From contig CAYJJI010000005.1 in NCBI GenBank assembly GCA_964370475.1, forward strand, positions 1,840-65,839: 64,000 bases of DNA. Direction: 5' to 3'. Positions 9,022-19,370 of this stretch are shown here, piece after piece (position 1 is the first letter of the stretch; each line of letters begins with the position of its first letter). Under the pieces are notes generated by a model that was not told where the DNA came from, made no database searches, and was given only the letters and a program-made list of their open reading frames with translations. The position numbers and the translations under genes were made by a program. This DNA is from an uncultured Muribaculaceae bacterium. GTDB taxonomy: Bacteria > Bacillota_I > Bacilli_A > RF39 > UBA660.

Positions 9022-9883
9022 TATGTATATTATTGATGAATTAGTTACAATGTTATCTTATGAATTTATTCAAAGAGCTTTTATAGTCGGTTTGTTAGTA
9101 GCTATATGTTCTGCTTTACTAGGAGTAACTTTAGTTTTAAAAAGATATTCAATGATAGGGGATGGTTTAGGGCATTCTACTTTTGGAATAATTTCTGCTG
9201 TTGCTTTTTTGAATACGTTACCTTTTTTTAAGGATCATTTACCACTTGATCCTTTTGTTACTAGTATGATTGTAGTAATAATTATTGCTATATTTTTGTT
9301 GAGAATGAGTGAGAATAGTAAAATTAATAGTGATTCTGCTATTGCAGTTGTTTCAATAACGTTTTTAACGTTGGGAATATTAGTTGTTTCTTTTTCAAAT
9401 GGGTTGAATACTGATATACATAGTATTTTGTTTGGATCGATTTTGGCTGTTAGTGATTTTGATTTAGTAATAACTATAATGTTATCAATGATAGTAATAT
9501 TGTTATTTGGATATTTTTATAATAAAATATTTTCGATAACTTTTGATGAATCTTTTGCAAGAGCTACTGGGGTAAAGGTTGATTTTTATAATACTTTGTT
9601 AGCTATATTAACTGCTATTACTGTTGTTTTAGGAATGCAGTTAATAGGTACTTTATTAATATCAAGTTTGTTGGTTGTACCTGCTTTAACTTCTATAAGG
9701 CTTTTTAAATCTTTTAAGATGGTTATTATTAGTTCTGTAATAGTTTCTGTTATATCTTTTGTAATAGGAATGTTTTTATCATATTTAATAGATTTACCAA
9801 CGGGTGGAGCTGTTGTTGCAATGAATTTAATATTTTATTTGATAGCTATTATAGTAGAGTTAATTATAAATAGAAAATCATAA
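9014..9883 (+). CDS. znuB: metal ABC transporter permease
   Basis: 289 aa polytopic membrane protein (ABC-3 family) overlapping znuC. It is the last gene of the operon and a terminator follows. Confidence 0.8.
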   Translation: MSSMYIIDELVTMLSYEFIQRAFIVGLLVAICSALLGVTLVLKRYSMIGDGLGHSTFGIISAVAFLNTLPFFKDHLPLDPFVTSMIVVIIIAIFLLRMSENSKINSDSAIAVVSITFLTLGILVVSFSNGLNTDIHSILFGSILAVSDFDLVITIMLSMIVILLFGYFYNKIFSITFDESFARATGVKVDFYNTLLAILTAITVVLGMQLIGTLLISSLLVVPALTSIRLFKSFKMVIISSVIVSVISFVIGMFLSYLIDLPTGGAVVAMNLIFYLIAIIVELIINRKS

Positions 9884-9959
9884 TTTAGATTATGATTTTT
9901 TTTCTTGTATGTATGATTTTCTTTTGATATAATTACTTTATATAGTAGGAGGAATAGCA

Positions 9960-12900
9960 GTGCGAGCAAGTAAGAAAAAAAGCAAACGTAAAAAGATTAT
10001 ATTTTATTTAATATTATTTGTTGTAATATTATTATGTATAACTAGTTATTTTTCTTTTGGAACTAGGTCTGATGTTTTTTATGAAAATCTATATTCTCAT
10101 TTATTTGAAAATGGTTATGAGAATTTGAGTATAAACAAAGAGTTTTTAGAAGACAATAAATTATATGATGATGATTTTACTTGTGAAAGTATTTCTTTTA
10201 ATAATGGTGTTTTAGAGTTTATTGATTGTATTATTGAAGATGAAGCAAAAGATTATTGTGTTTATGATGGTGATGATTTTGAATGTTATTTAAAAGAAGA
10301 GGAAGCTGATTTAAATATTACATTCAACGAAATTGATTTATCTATTAATGATAATGGATATAGTAATGTTGATATTGAGCTTGATTTAAATATAGAAGAA
10401 GCTAGTAGTAATGAAATTAAAAAAGTATTAACTTGTAATACTACTCTTGAAAAGTGTATTCCTGTTGATGAGTTATCTGGTTCAACCGGTATTATTTCTT
10501 TAGAGAGCGATAGTAGTGAATTATGTGCCATGGCAGAATATACTAATGGTTCTGTTAGTGAAATTTTTTGTAGCGATTCTTATAAATTAGATAAAACTGC
10601 ACCGGAAATTTCTTATAATATTAAAGGTGATAAAGGTAAAAATGGGTGGTATTTAAGTGATGTTTCTATTACTAACTATTCTGGTACTGATAGTTTATCT
10701 GGTTTAGATAAGATTAATATTAATAAATCTGTTATTGATTATGAGACTGCTGGTGATAGTGTAGTAATTACTGCTACTGATTTAGCTGGTAATAAATCTG
10801 TTAAAACTTTAAATATTAAAATTGATAAAACTGATCCTGTTGTAGGGGATATGATAATTGATGGAACTGAAGGGTTAAATGGATGGTATACATCTGATGT
10901 TTTAATAAGTGTTTCACAACCTATCGATTCTATGTCAGGTATTGCATCTTCTTCATTAAGTAATGAATTAATTGATTATGATACTGTTTTAGAAAAAGTA
11001 GTTTATGTAGTTTCAGATAATGCTGGTAATACTGTTACTAAAGAAGTTGAGTTAAAAGTAGATAAGAGTGCACCAGATATTAGTTATGTTATACATGGTA
11101 CTAAAGGACTTAATGATTGGTATGTTACTAATGTTGAATTTGATAAGTTTAAGGCTGTTGATGAAATATCGGAAGTAAGTAGTTATGATATTAGTAAATC
11201 TTTAATTGATTATGATACAGTTTTAGAAGAAGTTGTCATTAGTGCTGTTGATAATGCTGGTAATAAAGTTATAGAGACTGTTAAAGTAAAAGTTGATAAA
11301 ACTGCTCCTATAGCTGGTGATATAGTTATTAGTGGTACAGAAGGACTTAATGGATGGTACGTAAGTGATTTAATTATAAGTTCAACTAGTGGAAGTGATT
11401 TAACATCTGGAATTAATGATACTGTTTTGTCTAATAAGAAAATAGATTATGATACTAAGTCTGAGAAAATTACTTTAACTACTACAGATAATGCTGGTAA
11501 TAAGTCGATTAAAGAGATTGATGTAAAAGTAGATACCACAAAGCCGTCAATATCTTATGTAATTGAAGGTGAACAAAAATTAAACGATTGGTATATTGAA
11601 GACGTTTTAATTACTGATTTAAATTATACAGATAGTACTTCTGGAGTTGATTCTCATGATATTAGCAATGACAATATTAATTATGAAACTATTGGTGAAT
11701 TAGTTATCATTACAGCTACTGATGTAGCTGGTAATGTTGCAGTTGAAAATTTAACTATTAAAGTTGATAAGACAGCTCCTGTAGTTGGGGATATAGTAAT
11801 TAAAGGAACTAAGGGATTAAATGATTGGTATATTACTGATTTATTAATTAGTGCTAATGGGGGAAGTGATTCTATATCTGGAATTGCTAGTAATGTTGTT
11901 TCTAATGAATTGATAAATTATGATACGGTGAGAGAAGTATTAGTTATTACTACTACTGATAATGCTGGTCATGTTTCAACTAAGGATTTAGAAGTTAAGG
12001 TTGATAGAACTGGTCCGATTATTAGTTATGATATAGAAGGATCACCTGGAAGTAATGATTGGTTTATATCTAATGTAGCAATACTTGCTCCTAGTGCTAT
12101 TGATAGTATGTCTGGATTTAATAGAATTACAACTTCTAAAAGTAGTTTTACTACTGAAACTGCTGGAACTAATTTAGTTATTACTGCTTATGATAATGCT
12201 GGTAATAGTTCAGTAGTTAATAAATTAATTAAGATAGATAAAACTCTTCCGGTTATTGATGATTATGAGATTGTTGGTACTAAAGGAGATAATGATTGGT
12301 ATATTACACCAGTTGAAGTTAAAAATGTATTAGCTAGTGATAATTTATCTGGTGTAAATAATGATCTTTTAGATGATATTCATATCAATATTGATTATGA
12401 AACAACTGGTAAGAGGATAGAGTTTTTAGTTAGTGATTTAGCTGGAAATGTTACATCAAAGATGTTTGATATTAAGATAGATTTTATTGATCCTTTGGCT
12501 GGCGGTATAATTTTAGATGGTGATCCTGGACTTAATGGATGGTATAACTCTGATGTTACTGTTACTAGTACTAGTGGTAGTGATTCTGTCTCAGGTGTTA
12601 AGGATAATATTTTAAATTTAGATATAGTAACTGGTATACTGCATGAAACAAAGGTTGATTTAACAACGACTGATAATGCTGGCCATAAAAATGTTGAATC
12701 GACTATTGTAAAAATAGATAAAATTGTTCCTGAAGTTGGGACTATGATAGTTGATGGAACTAAAATTATTGAATCATCTGAATGGTATGTAAGTGATGTA
12801 ACAATTAGTAAAACTGATGGGATTGATGATGGTTCTGGCCATGCATTAACTGAAGTTAGTTTAACTGAAATACAAGGAAATACAGTAGGTACTGTAGTTA

Positions 12901-13766
12901 ATATTACTACTACTGATCAATCTGGTCTTAAAGCTATATTTAGTAAAACAATTAGAATTGATAAGGAAACACCTGTTATAACTCAGCTTGAGGATATTGA
13001 AATTAATATGGGTACTAGTGTTGATTTAACTTCTAAATTTAGTGCAACCTATGGTGTATCTGGTGGTAATATTACTTGTGATGTTGTTGATACTTCAGTA
13101 CTTAGTGGTGGAGTGCATAATGTTGTTTGTACTGCTACTTCTAATGCTGGTTTAACTGATTCAATAAATACTACTATTATGGTATCACAAGATTTTGAGG
13201 TTTTGGAGTATTTAGAAAGTAATGGAAATCAATATTTTGATTCTGGAATCATGAATTCTGGAGACTATTTATTTGAAGACTCTATAATGGCTACTAATGT
13301 TGCTTTAAATGGTGGTTCTTGGTTGTTTGGTGGTAGATCTCAAGTACAACACAGTATTGGGATATTCGCTACTACTTCTCAAACTATTATTGCTTATAAC
13401 AGTTCTACCGCTAATATTGGTAATTATATTAGTCAAGGAATTTGGTATACTATTGAGTTTTCGAGAAAAGAACTTGTAGTTAATAGTACAGTTGTGCCTT
13501 TAAATTATACAACTACTATTCCTGAAATGTATCAAGAGGAATTAAGGATTGGTGGTAACACTGTTGGATATGATGATGCTTCTATAGATGATAGATATTT
13601 TGTTGGTAGAAGAAAGTATTTTAAAATAACTGATGTTGTTACTGGAGAATTGTTAAGACATTTTGTTCCAGTTAAGGAAACTAACAGTGGAAAATACGGA
13701 TTCTTAGATTTAGTAGAAAATAAATTTTATGAGAATGAAGGAACTGGTAGTTACATAGCTCCTTAA
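9960..13766 (+). CDS. giant membrane-anchored surface protein with ~12 tandem Ig-like (OmpL47/Big-type beta-sandwich) repeats and a distinct C-terminal domain
   Basis: GTG start after an RBS. N-terminal signal anchor. Repeats of ~85 aa have the form KxDKTAPxIxYxIxGTxGLNxWYxSDVxIS...DSxSGI...IDYDT...TDNAGNxxxKxxxVKVD. The C-terminal ~250 aa (EYLESNGNQYFDSGI...) are unrelated to the repeats. Confidence 0.7.
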   Translation: MRASKKKSKRKKIIFYLILFVVILLCITSYFSFGTRSDVFYENLYSHLFENGYENLSINKEFLEDNKLYDDDFTCESISFNNGVLEFIDCIIEDEAKDYCVYDGDDFECYLKEEEADLNITFNEIDLSINDNGYSNVDIELDLNIEEASSNEIKKVLTCNTTLEKCIPVDELSGSTGIISLESDSSELCAMAEYTNGSVSEIFCSDSYKLDKTAPEISYNIKGDKGKNGWYLSDVSITNYSGTDSLSGLDKININKSVIDYETAGDSVVITATDLAGNKSVKTLNIKIDKTDPVVGDMIIDGTEGLNGWYTSDVLISVSQPIDSMSGIASSSLSNELIDYDTVLEKVVYVVSDNAGNTVTKEVELKVDKSAPDISYVIHGTKGLNDWYVTNVEFDKFKAVDEISEVSSYDISKSLIDYDTVLEEVVISAVDNAGNKVIETVKVKVDKTAPIAGDIVISGTEGLNGWYVSDLIISSTSGSDLTSGINDTVLSNKKIDYDTKSEKITLTTTDNAGNKSIKEIDVKVDTTKPSISYVIEGEQKLNDWYIEDVLITDLNYTDSTSGVDSHDISNDNINYETIGELVIITATDVAGNVAVENLTIKVDKTAPVVGDIVIKGTKGLNDWYITDLLISANGGSDSISGIASNVVSNELINYDTVREVLVITTTDNAGHVSTKDLEVKVDRTGPIISYDIEGSPGSNDWFISNVAILAPSAIDSMSGFNRITTSKSSFTTETAGTNLVITAYDNAGNSSVVNKLIKIDKTLPVIDDYEIVGTKGDNDWYITPVEVKNVLASDNLSGVNNDLLDDIHINIDYETTGKRIEFLVSDLAGNVTSKMFDIKIDFIDPLAGGIILDGDPGLNGWYNSDVTVTSTSGSDSVSGVKDNILNLDIVTGILHETKVDLTTTDNAGHKNVESTIVKIDKIVPEVGTMIVDGTKIIESSEWYVSDVTISKTDGIDDGSGHALTEVSLTEIQGNTVGTVVNITTTDQSGLKAIFSKTIRIDKETPVITQLEDIEINMGTSVDLTSKFSATYGVSGGNITCDVVDTSVLSGGVHNVVCTATSNAGLTDSINTTIMVSQDFEVLEYLESNGNQYFDSGIMNSGDYLFEDSIMATNVALNGGSWLFGGRSQVQHSIGIFATTSQTIIAYNSSTANIGNYISQGIWYTIEFSRKELVVNSTVVPLNYTTTIPEMYQEELRIGGNTVGYDDASIDDRYFVGRRKYFKITDVVTGELLRHFVPVKETNSGKYGFLDLVENKFYENEGTGSYIAP
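10590..12960 (+). repeat. intragenic tandem array of ~255-nt coding repeats (Ig-like domain modules)
   Basis: The protein-level periodicity of the TAP...NGWY...DNAGN modules is visible throughout this span. Confidence 0.6.
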
Positions 13767-13841
13767 AAGTTATCTTTGATAACTTTTTTTATTGCTTTTA
13801 TAGTGTAGTAGTAATATAATTTTTATAAGGAGTATCGTAAT

Positions 13842-14354
13842 ATGAATAAAGTTTGTATATTGTTTTTTAGCTTATTTTTAATTACAGGATGTAGTGAAAG
13901 TGTTGAAAATGTAGATTTGGATGGTAGTTCTCTTGTTGATAAAAATGTTGGTACATTTAATGTTGGAGTTCCAGATGGATGGCTTGCATCTTCACTTTAT
14001 ATGAGCAGGTCTTCAAATGTTGTTGATAATTCTATTACCATCTATAAAAATAGTACTGATTTGAGCGAGGCGATGTTTAGTAGTCCAGGAATAATTATTA
14101 ATTATAGTAATGTTTGTGATTATACTATGGAAATGTATGAAGATGCTTTAGTAGTTGATTCTTTTACTATTGATGATTTTGAATTTGAAGGGTTTTCATC
14201 TCTTGATAATGGGTATCCGTTTACTAGTGTGATGGCTGATTACGAGGGTGGTTGTTTATCTTTGATCTTATTGCAAGATAGAGAAAATGGAACATTAACT
14301 TTTGATGATGAAGATGTAATTGCAATTATAAGAAGTATTAAAATAAATGATTAA
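13842..14354 (+). CDS. lipoprotein, hypothetical
   Basis: Signal peptide plus lipobox LITGCSE. There is no other recognisable domain. Confidence 0.55.
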   Translation: MNKVCILFFSLFLITGCSESVENVDLDGSSLVDKNVGTFNVGVPDGWLASSLYMSRSSNVVDNSITIYKNSTDLSEAMFSSPGIIINYSNVCDYTMEMYEDALVVDSFTIDDFEFEGFSSLDNGYPFTSVMADYEGGCLSLILLQDRENGTLTFDDEDVIAIIRSIKIND

Positions 14355-14423
14355 TACTTTTTTTATTTGGGTAGTTGAAAATATAAATAAATAGTAGTAT
14401 TATGTATTTATAAGGAGTATATT

Positions 14424-15128
14424 ATGAAAAGAACTTATATTTATATATTAATTTTATCTGTTGTATTATTAGGGGTTGCTGCTGTTTTATTAATGATTGT
14501 AAATGATTCAGTAGAAGAACAAAATGTTGACGATGGGATTATTGATATTGTTAATGCCGATGGTGTGGGTATGTGTGTTGATGTAGTTGAATATTTTCAT
14601 GTTGATAGAGAATTGAAATACTATTTTCCTTGTGTTATGGCTGAAGGATTAGAAGTTTTATATGGTAATGGAGAAACTAAGAAGTTTTTGGATGTTTTTC
14701 CTGAAGAAGTAACTTTAGCTGATTTAGATAAGTTTGATATTGATTATTTTTCTGAAGAGACTACTGCTGAGATTGGTGAAGAGAAAAATATTCCTGTTGA
14801 TGATATAGATATTTCTGTATATGTTCATGAAGTTAATGATGGATATTTAAGTGTTGAAATGTCTAATACTACTGATAGAACTTATGTTTATGGAGAAAGT
14901 TATTATTTACAAGTTATGGTAGATGGTAAATGGCATGAATTATCAACTAATTATTCTATGAATTTTCCTTATATTGGTTATGATATTGAACCTCATGAAT
15001 TTGTTGATTTAGAAATAGATTATTATGAAGGATATGGTAAATTAGAGAGTGGTACTTATAGATTAGTTAAAGAGTTTACTTATGAAGGTGGTCTTTATAG
15101 TATTACTGGTGAATTTAATATAGAATAA
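14424..15128 (+). CDS. membrane-anchored hypothetical protein
   Basis: N-terminal TM helix followed by an acidic extracellular domain. Good RBS (AAGGAG). Confidence 0.5.
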   Translation: MKRTYIYILILSVVLLGVAAVLLMIVNDSVEEQNVDDGIIDIVNADGVGMCVDVVEYFHVDRELKYYFPCVMAEGLEVLYGNGETKKFLDVFPEEVTLADLDKFDIDYFSEETTAEIGEEKNIPVDDIDISVYVHEVNDGYLSVEMSNTTDRTYVYGESYYLQVMVDGKWHELSTNYSMNFPYIGYDIEPHEFVDLEIDYYEGYGKLESGTYRLVKEFTYEGGLYSITGEFNIE

Positions 15129-15218
15129 TCAATATGTTAAAAAAGTATCTAGTGATACTTTTTTTCTTGCACTTATAATTGATAAATATTATAATTAGTT
15201 AGGAAAGAAGAGGTATAT

Positions 15219-15773
15219 ATGTTAGTACCAATTGGAATATCAAATAGACATGTACATTTGACTAAGGAAGATTTTAAAGTGTTATTTGGAGATAAAGAGA
15301 TGACTTTAAAAGCTTCGTTAAAACAACCTGGTAATTTTGCTTGTGAAGAAGTAGTTACTATAAAGACTGAAAAAGGTCTTATTGAGAAAGTTAGAGTATT
15401 AGGTGGATATAGAAGTTATACTCAAGTAGAGTTATCTGGAACAGATGCTAGAATTTTAGGAATTAATCCTCCTGTTAGACAATCAGGAGATGTTTTAGGA
15501 GGAGCGGAGGCTGTGATAGTAGGTCCTGTAGGTTCTATTAATACTACCGGATGTATTATTCCTCAAAGACATATTCATATTTTACCTGAGGATAAAATGC
15601 ATCTTGGATTACCTGATGTTGTATCTTTAGTTGTACCTGGTGAAAAAGGTGGCGTTATTGGAGATGTTCATGTTAGAGCTACTGAAAATTCTTATTTTGA
15701 GGCTCATTTAGATACTGATGAAGCTAATGCTTTTAGACTTAATAATAATCAAGAATTAGAAATTAAGTTTTAA
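15219..15773 (+). CDS. pduL: PduL-family phosphate acyltransferase (phosphate propanoyl/acetyltransferase)
   Basis: MLVPIGISNRHVHLTKEDFKVLFG and HLDTDEANAFRL align with the two conserved PTAC-repeat signatures of PduL/EutD-like enzymes (IPLGISNRHIHLS...HIDTDEANA). Confidence 0.8.
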   Translation: MLVPIGISNRHVHLTKEDFKVLFGDKEMTLKASLKQPGNFACEEVVTIKTEKGLIEKVRVLGGYRSYTQVELSGTDARILGINPPVRQSGDVLGGAEAVIVGPVGSINTTGCIIPQRHIHILPEDKMHLGLPDVVSLVVPGEKGGVIGDVHVRATENSYFEAHLDTDEANAFRLNNNQELEIKF

Positions 15774-15836
15774 CAACTTTAGGTTGTTTTTTTTTGTCTA
15801 AATATGGTATATTTATAATAGGAAGGAGAATAGAAA

Positions 15837-16814
15837 ATGAGAAGAAATAAAGACTATATTGACACTCAAAATTTTACTAAAGAAGAAATGCTTAATTTAG
15901 TTGGTTTAGGGTTGTTAATAAAAGATCACCTTAAAAGTGGTAAAAGTTTAGATGTATTACATCATAAAACTTTAGGAATGATATTCCAACAATCATCTAC
16001 GAGAACTAGAGTTTCATTTGAAACTGCTATGACTCAATTAGGAGGTCATGCTCAATATTTGGCTCCTGGTCAAATTCAATTAGGAACTCATGAATCTTTA
16101 AGTGATACTGCTAAAGTATTATCTAGATTAGTTGATATTCTAATGGCTAGAGTTGAAAGACATGTAAATGTTGATGAGTTAGGAAAATTCGCTACTGTTC
16201 CAGTAATTAATGGAATGAGTGATTATAATCATCCTACTCAAGAATTAGGGGATGTTACAACTATGTTTGAACATTTACCTGAAGGTAAGAGTTTTGAAGA
16301 TTTAAAAATAGTTTTTGTTGGTGATGCAACTCAAGTTTGTGCATCATTAATGATGATAACTACAAAATTAGGTGCTAATTTTGTTCAATATGGACCTAAA
16401 GGTTTCCAATTAAAGGAAAATCATTTGGCTATAGCTGAAGAAAATTGTAAGGTTTCTGGTGGAAGTTACTTAGTAACTGAAGATCCAGAAGAAGCACTTA
16501 AAGATGCTGACTTTATTTATACTGATGTTTGGTATGGTTTATATGAAGCTGAATTATCAGAAGAAGAAAGAATGAAGACATTCTATCCTAAATACCAAGT
16601 AAATATGGATATGATTAAGAAAGCATCACCAAACGTTAAATTTATGCATTGTTTACCTGCAACGCGTGGTGAAGAAGTTACTGATGAAGTTTTAGATTCT
16701 GAAATTTCAATTGTAATTGATCAAGCTGAAAATAGATTAACATCTATAAGAGCATTGTTAGTTTACTTTATGGATAAATATGACGAAACAATTAATGTAA
16801 TCAAAAATAGTTAA
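15837..16814 (+). CDS. ptcA: putrescine (or ornithine) carbamoyltransferase
   Basis: Carbamoyl-phosphate binding STRTR and HPTQ motifs with a C-terminal HCLP motif. Its position directly upstream of the agmatine deiminase genes favours the putrescine-specific enzyme. Confidence 0.8.
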   Translation: MRRNKDYIDTQNFTKEEMLNLVGLGLLIKDHLKSGKSLDVLHHKTLGMIFQQSSTRTRVSFETAMTQLGGHAQYLAPGQIQLGTHESLSDTAKVLSRLVDILMARVERHVNVDELGKFATVPVINGMSDYNHPTQELGDVTTMFEHLPEGKSFEDLKIVFVGDATQVCASLMMITTKLGANFVQYGPKGFQLKENHLAIAEENCKVSGGSYLVTEDPEEALKDADFIYTDVWYGLYEAELSEEERMKTFYPKYQVNMDMIKKASPNVKFMHCLPATRGEEVTDEVLDSEISIVIDQAENRLTSIRALLVYFMDKYDETINVIKNS

Positions 16815-16835
16815 TAAAAATTTGAAAGGTAGTTT

Positions 16836-18221
16836 ATGAAAAAGAAGAAGTTTAAATTGTTTGATGCAATACTTGCTGCTGTATGTATTACTTTAGTAGC
16901 TGAAGCTGTTGCACCAACTGCTGCTATTGGAAATTCTCAATATTTCTGGTGGATATTTTTAATCATCGCTTTTTGTTTACCTTATGGACTTATTACTGCT
17001 GAGCTTGGATCAACTTTTCCAAGCGAAGGTGGTATGTATACTTGGGTAAAAAAAGCATTTGGACCTAAATGGGCATCAAGAGTTGCATGGAATTATTGGA
17101 TTAATTTCCCATTATGGATTGCATCACTTGCTGTTGCAATGACTGATGTTATTGCTGGTATATTTGAAGTAGAGTTATCAATAGTTTGGTTATTGGTTTT
17201 ACAGCTTGGATATACTTGGTTAGTATCGTTTTTAGGTACGTTAAGAATTGGAGAAAGTAAGTTATTAGTTAACTTAGGGGCAATATTTAAAATTGCGTTT
17301 ATGGTAGGCTTAGGTGTACTTGGAGTATATGTATACTTTTCAACAGGTACTAGTGCTAATCCAATTAATAGTGTTACTGATTTATTACCAACAACTGATT
17401 TAATTAGTTTATCATTTATTTCAGTTATTATATTTAATTTCTTAGGATTGGAAGTTGTAGCAACTTTTGCTGAAGATATGGAAAATCCTAAAAAAGATAT
17501 ACCTAAAGCTGTAATTATAGGAGCATTACTAACAGCAGTGTTCTATTTATTACCTGCTACTGGTATTAATATTGCAATGGATTTATCTACTGCTGAATCT
17601 GCAGGGATTACTGATGCTTTTGCTTCGTTATTAGTTACTTTAGGATGTAATGCTGAAATAACTAGAATTATAGTAATTGCTGTTGGATTAATGTTTATTT
17701 ATACATTAGTTGCTAATATTATTTCTTGGTCATTTGGAGTTAACTCAGTTGCTAAGTTTAGTGCTGATGATAATGGACTTCCAAAATTATTTAGTAAAAC
17801 AAATAAAGCTGGAATACCATATATGGCTTCAATCATGAATGGTGTAGTTGCTTCTTTAATTATTATAGTAGGTGTAATACTTGGAGTAGTAAATGAAAAT
17901 GCTAGTAATTTATTCTGGACGTTTTTCTCACTTAGTTTAGTTACTTTATTAATTGGTTATTTACCTTTATTCTTATCATTTAAGAAATTAAGAAAGACTG
18001 ATAAAACTAAACGTTCTTATAAGATACCTGGTGGAAATTTCGTAGTTAATTTAGTTACTTATGTTCCATTTGTTATTTTATTTGTAAGTGTAATATTTAC
18101 TATATTTATAGATTTCACTTTTGATTCTATGATGGCTAATTTACCTTTAATTATTGGTGTAATTGTTTCATTGATTGTTCAAGAAATTATTGTAGCTGAT
18201 GCTAAAGAAGGGAAAAATTAA
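16836..18221 (+). CDS. aguD: agmatine:putrescine antiporter (APC superfamily), copy 1
   Basis: 461 aa, 12-13 TM helices, embedded in the agmatine deiminase cluster. Its stop overlaps the aguA start (ATGA). Confidence 0.7.
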   Translation: MKKKKFKLFDAILAAVCITLVAEAVAPTAAIGNSQYFWWIFLIIAFCLPYGLITAELGSTFPSEGGMYTWVKKAFGPKWASRVAWNYWINFPLWIASLAVAMTDVIAGIFEVELSIVWLLVLQLGYTWLVSFLGTLRIGESKLLVNLGAIFKIAFMVGLGVLGVYVYFSTGTSANPINSVTDLLPTTDLISLSFISVIIFNFLGLEVVATFAEDMENPKKDIPKAVIIGALLTAVFYLLPATGINIAMDLSTAESAGITDAFASLLVTLGCNAEITRIIVIAVGLMFIYTLVANIISWSFGVNSVAKFSADDNGLPKLFSKTNKAGIPYMASIMNGVVASLIIIVGVILGVVNENASNLFWTFFSLSLVTLLIGYLPLFLSFKKLRKTDKTKRSYKIPGGNFVVNLVTYVPFVILFVSVIFTIFIDFTFDSMMANLPLIIGVIVSLIVQEIIVADAKEGKN

Positions 18222-19315
18222 TGAAGAAATTAAATTCGACACCTAAAGCTGATGGCTTTAGGATGCCTGGAGAATTTGAGCCACATAAGGGAACTTATAT
18301 GATCTGGCCTGAAAGACCAGATAACTGGAGATATGGAGCTAAACCAGCTCAAGAAACTTTTGTTAAAGTTGCTAATGTTATTTCTAAGTATGAACCTATT
18401 ACTATGTTGGTTTCTGCTGCTCAATATTCTAATGCAAGACATTTACTTGATGAAAAAGTAAAAGTTGTAGAAATGAGTAATAATGATTCATGGTTAAGAG
18501 ACTGTGGAGCTACTTTTGTTAAAAATGACAAGGGTGATTTAAGAGCAGTTGATTGGCGTTTTAATGCTTGGGGTGGTCTTGTTGATGGGTTATATTTCCC
18601 ATGGGATCAAGATGATCTTATAGCTGGTAAGATGGCTGAGTTAGAACAAGTTGATAGATATTATCTTGAAGACTTTGTTTTAGAAGGTGGATCTATTCAT
18701 ACTGATGGTGAAGGTACTGCTTTAGTTACTGAAGAGTGTTTATTATCAGAAGGAAGAAATCCTCATTTATCTAAAGAAGAGATTGAAAAATATCTTTGTG
18801 ATTATATGAATGTTGAAAAGGTTTTATGGGTTAAAGAAGGTATTTACAATGATGAAACTAATGGTCATGTAGATAATATGGTAACTTATGTTAAACCTGG
18901 AGTTTTAGCTCTTGCTTGGACTGATGATGAAAAAGATCCTCAATTCAAGAGAAGTACTGAAGCTTTAGAATATTTAAATAGTCAAGTAGATGCTAAAGGA
19001 AGAAAACTTGAGGTGCATAAAATTTATACACCTAAACCAATATTAATTTCTAGAGAAGAAAGTCTAGGAGTTGATGCAGTTGATGGTACATTACCTCGTA
19101 ATGAGGGAGATCGTTTAGCTGCTTCTTATGTAAATTATTATGTAGGTAATGGTTTTGTATTACTTCCAATATTTGGTGATCCTAATGATCAATTGGCTAT
19201 TATGAGCTTATTAAAATTATATCCTGACAGAGTAGTTGAAACTATCTATGCAAGAGAAATTTTATTAGGTGGTGGTAATATTCATTGTATTACTCAACAG
19301 GTTCCTAAAAATTAA
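18221..19315 (+). CDS. aguA: agmatine deiminase
   Basis: 364 aa. The N-terminus is typical of agmatine deiminases (MPGEFEPHKGTYMIWPERPDNWR). A C-terminal Cys in HCITQQ corresponds to the catalytic cysteine position. Confidence 0.85.
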   Translation: MKKLNSTPKADGFRMPGEFEPHKGTYMIWPERPDNWRYGAKPAQETFVKVANVISKYEPITMLVSAAQYSNARHLLDEKVKVVEMSNNDSWLRDCGATFVKNDKGDLRAVDWRFNAWGGLVDGLYFPWDQDDLIAGKMAELEQVDRYYLEDFVLEGGSIHTDGEGTALVTEECLLSEGRNPHLSKEEIEKYLCDYMNVEKVLWVKEGIYNDETNGHVDNMVTYVKPGVLALAWTDDEKDPQFKRSTEALEYLNSQVDAKGRKLEVHKIYTPKPILISREESLGVDAVDGTLPRNEGDRLAASYVNYYVGNGFVLLPIFGDPNDQLAIMSLLKLYPDRVVETIYAREILLGGGNIHCITQQVPKN

Positions 19316-19370
19316 GAAAGTATGTTTACTTTCTTTTTTTGTGGTATAATCAATTTAATAGAGGTGTGTA

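Noticed and set aside
10286-10531. 81-aa minus-strand ORF inside the giant surface protein gene
   Set aside because: It is antisense to the repeat protein and has no RBS, so it is a chance open frame.
18230-18442. 70-aa minus-strand ORF inside aguA
   Set aside because: It is antisense to a strongly supported agmatine deiminase and has no translation signals.
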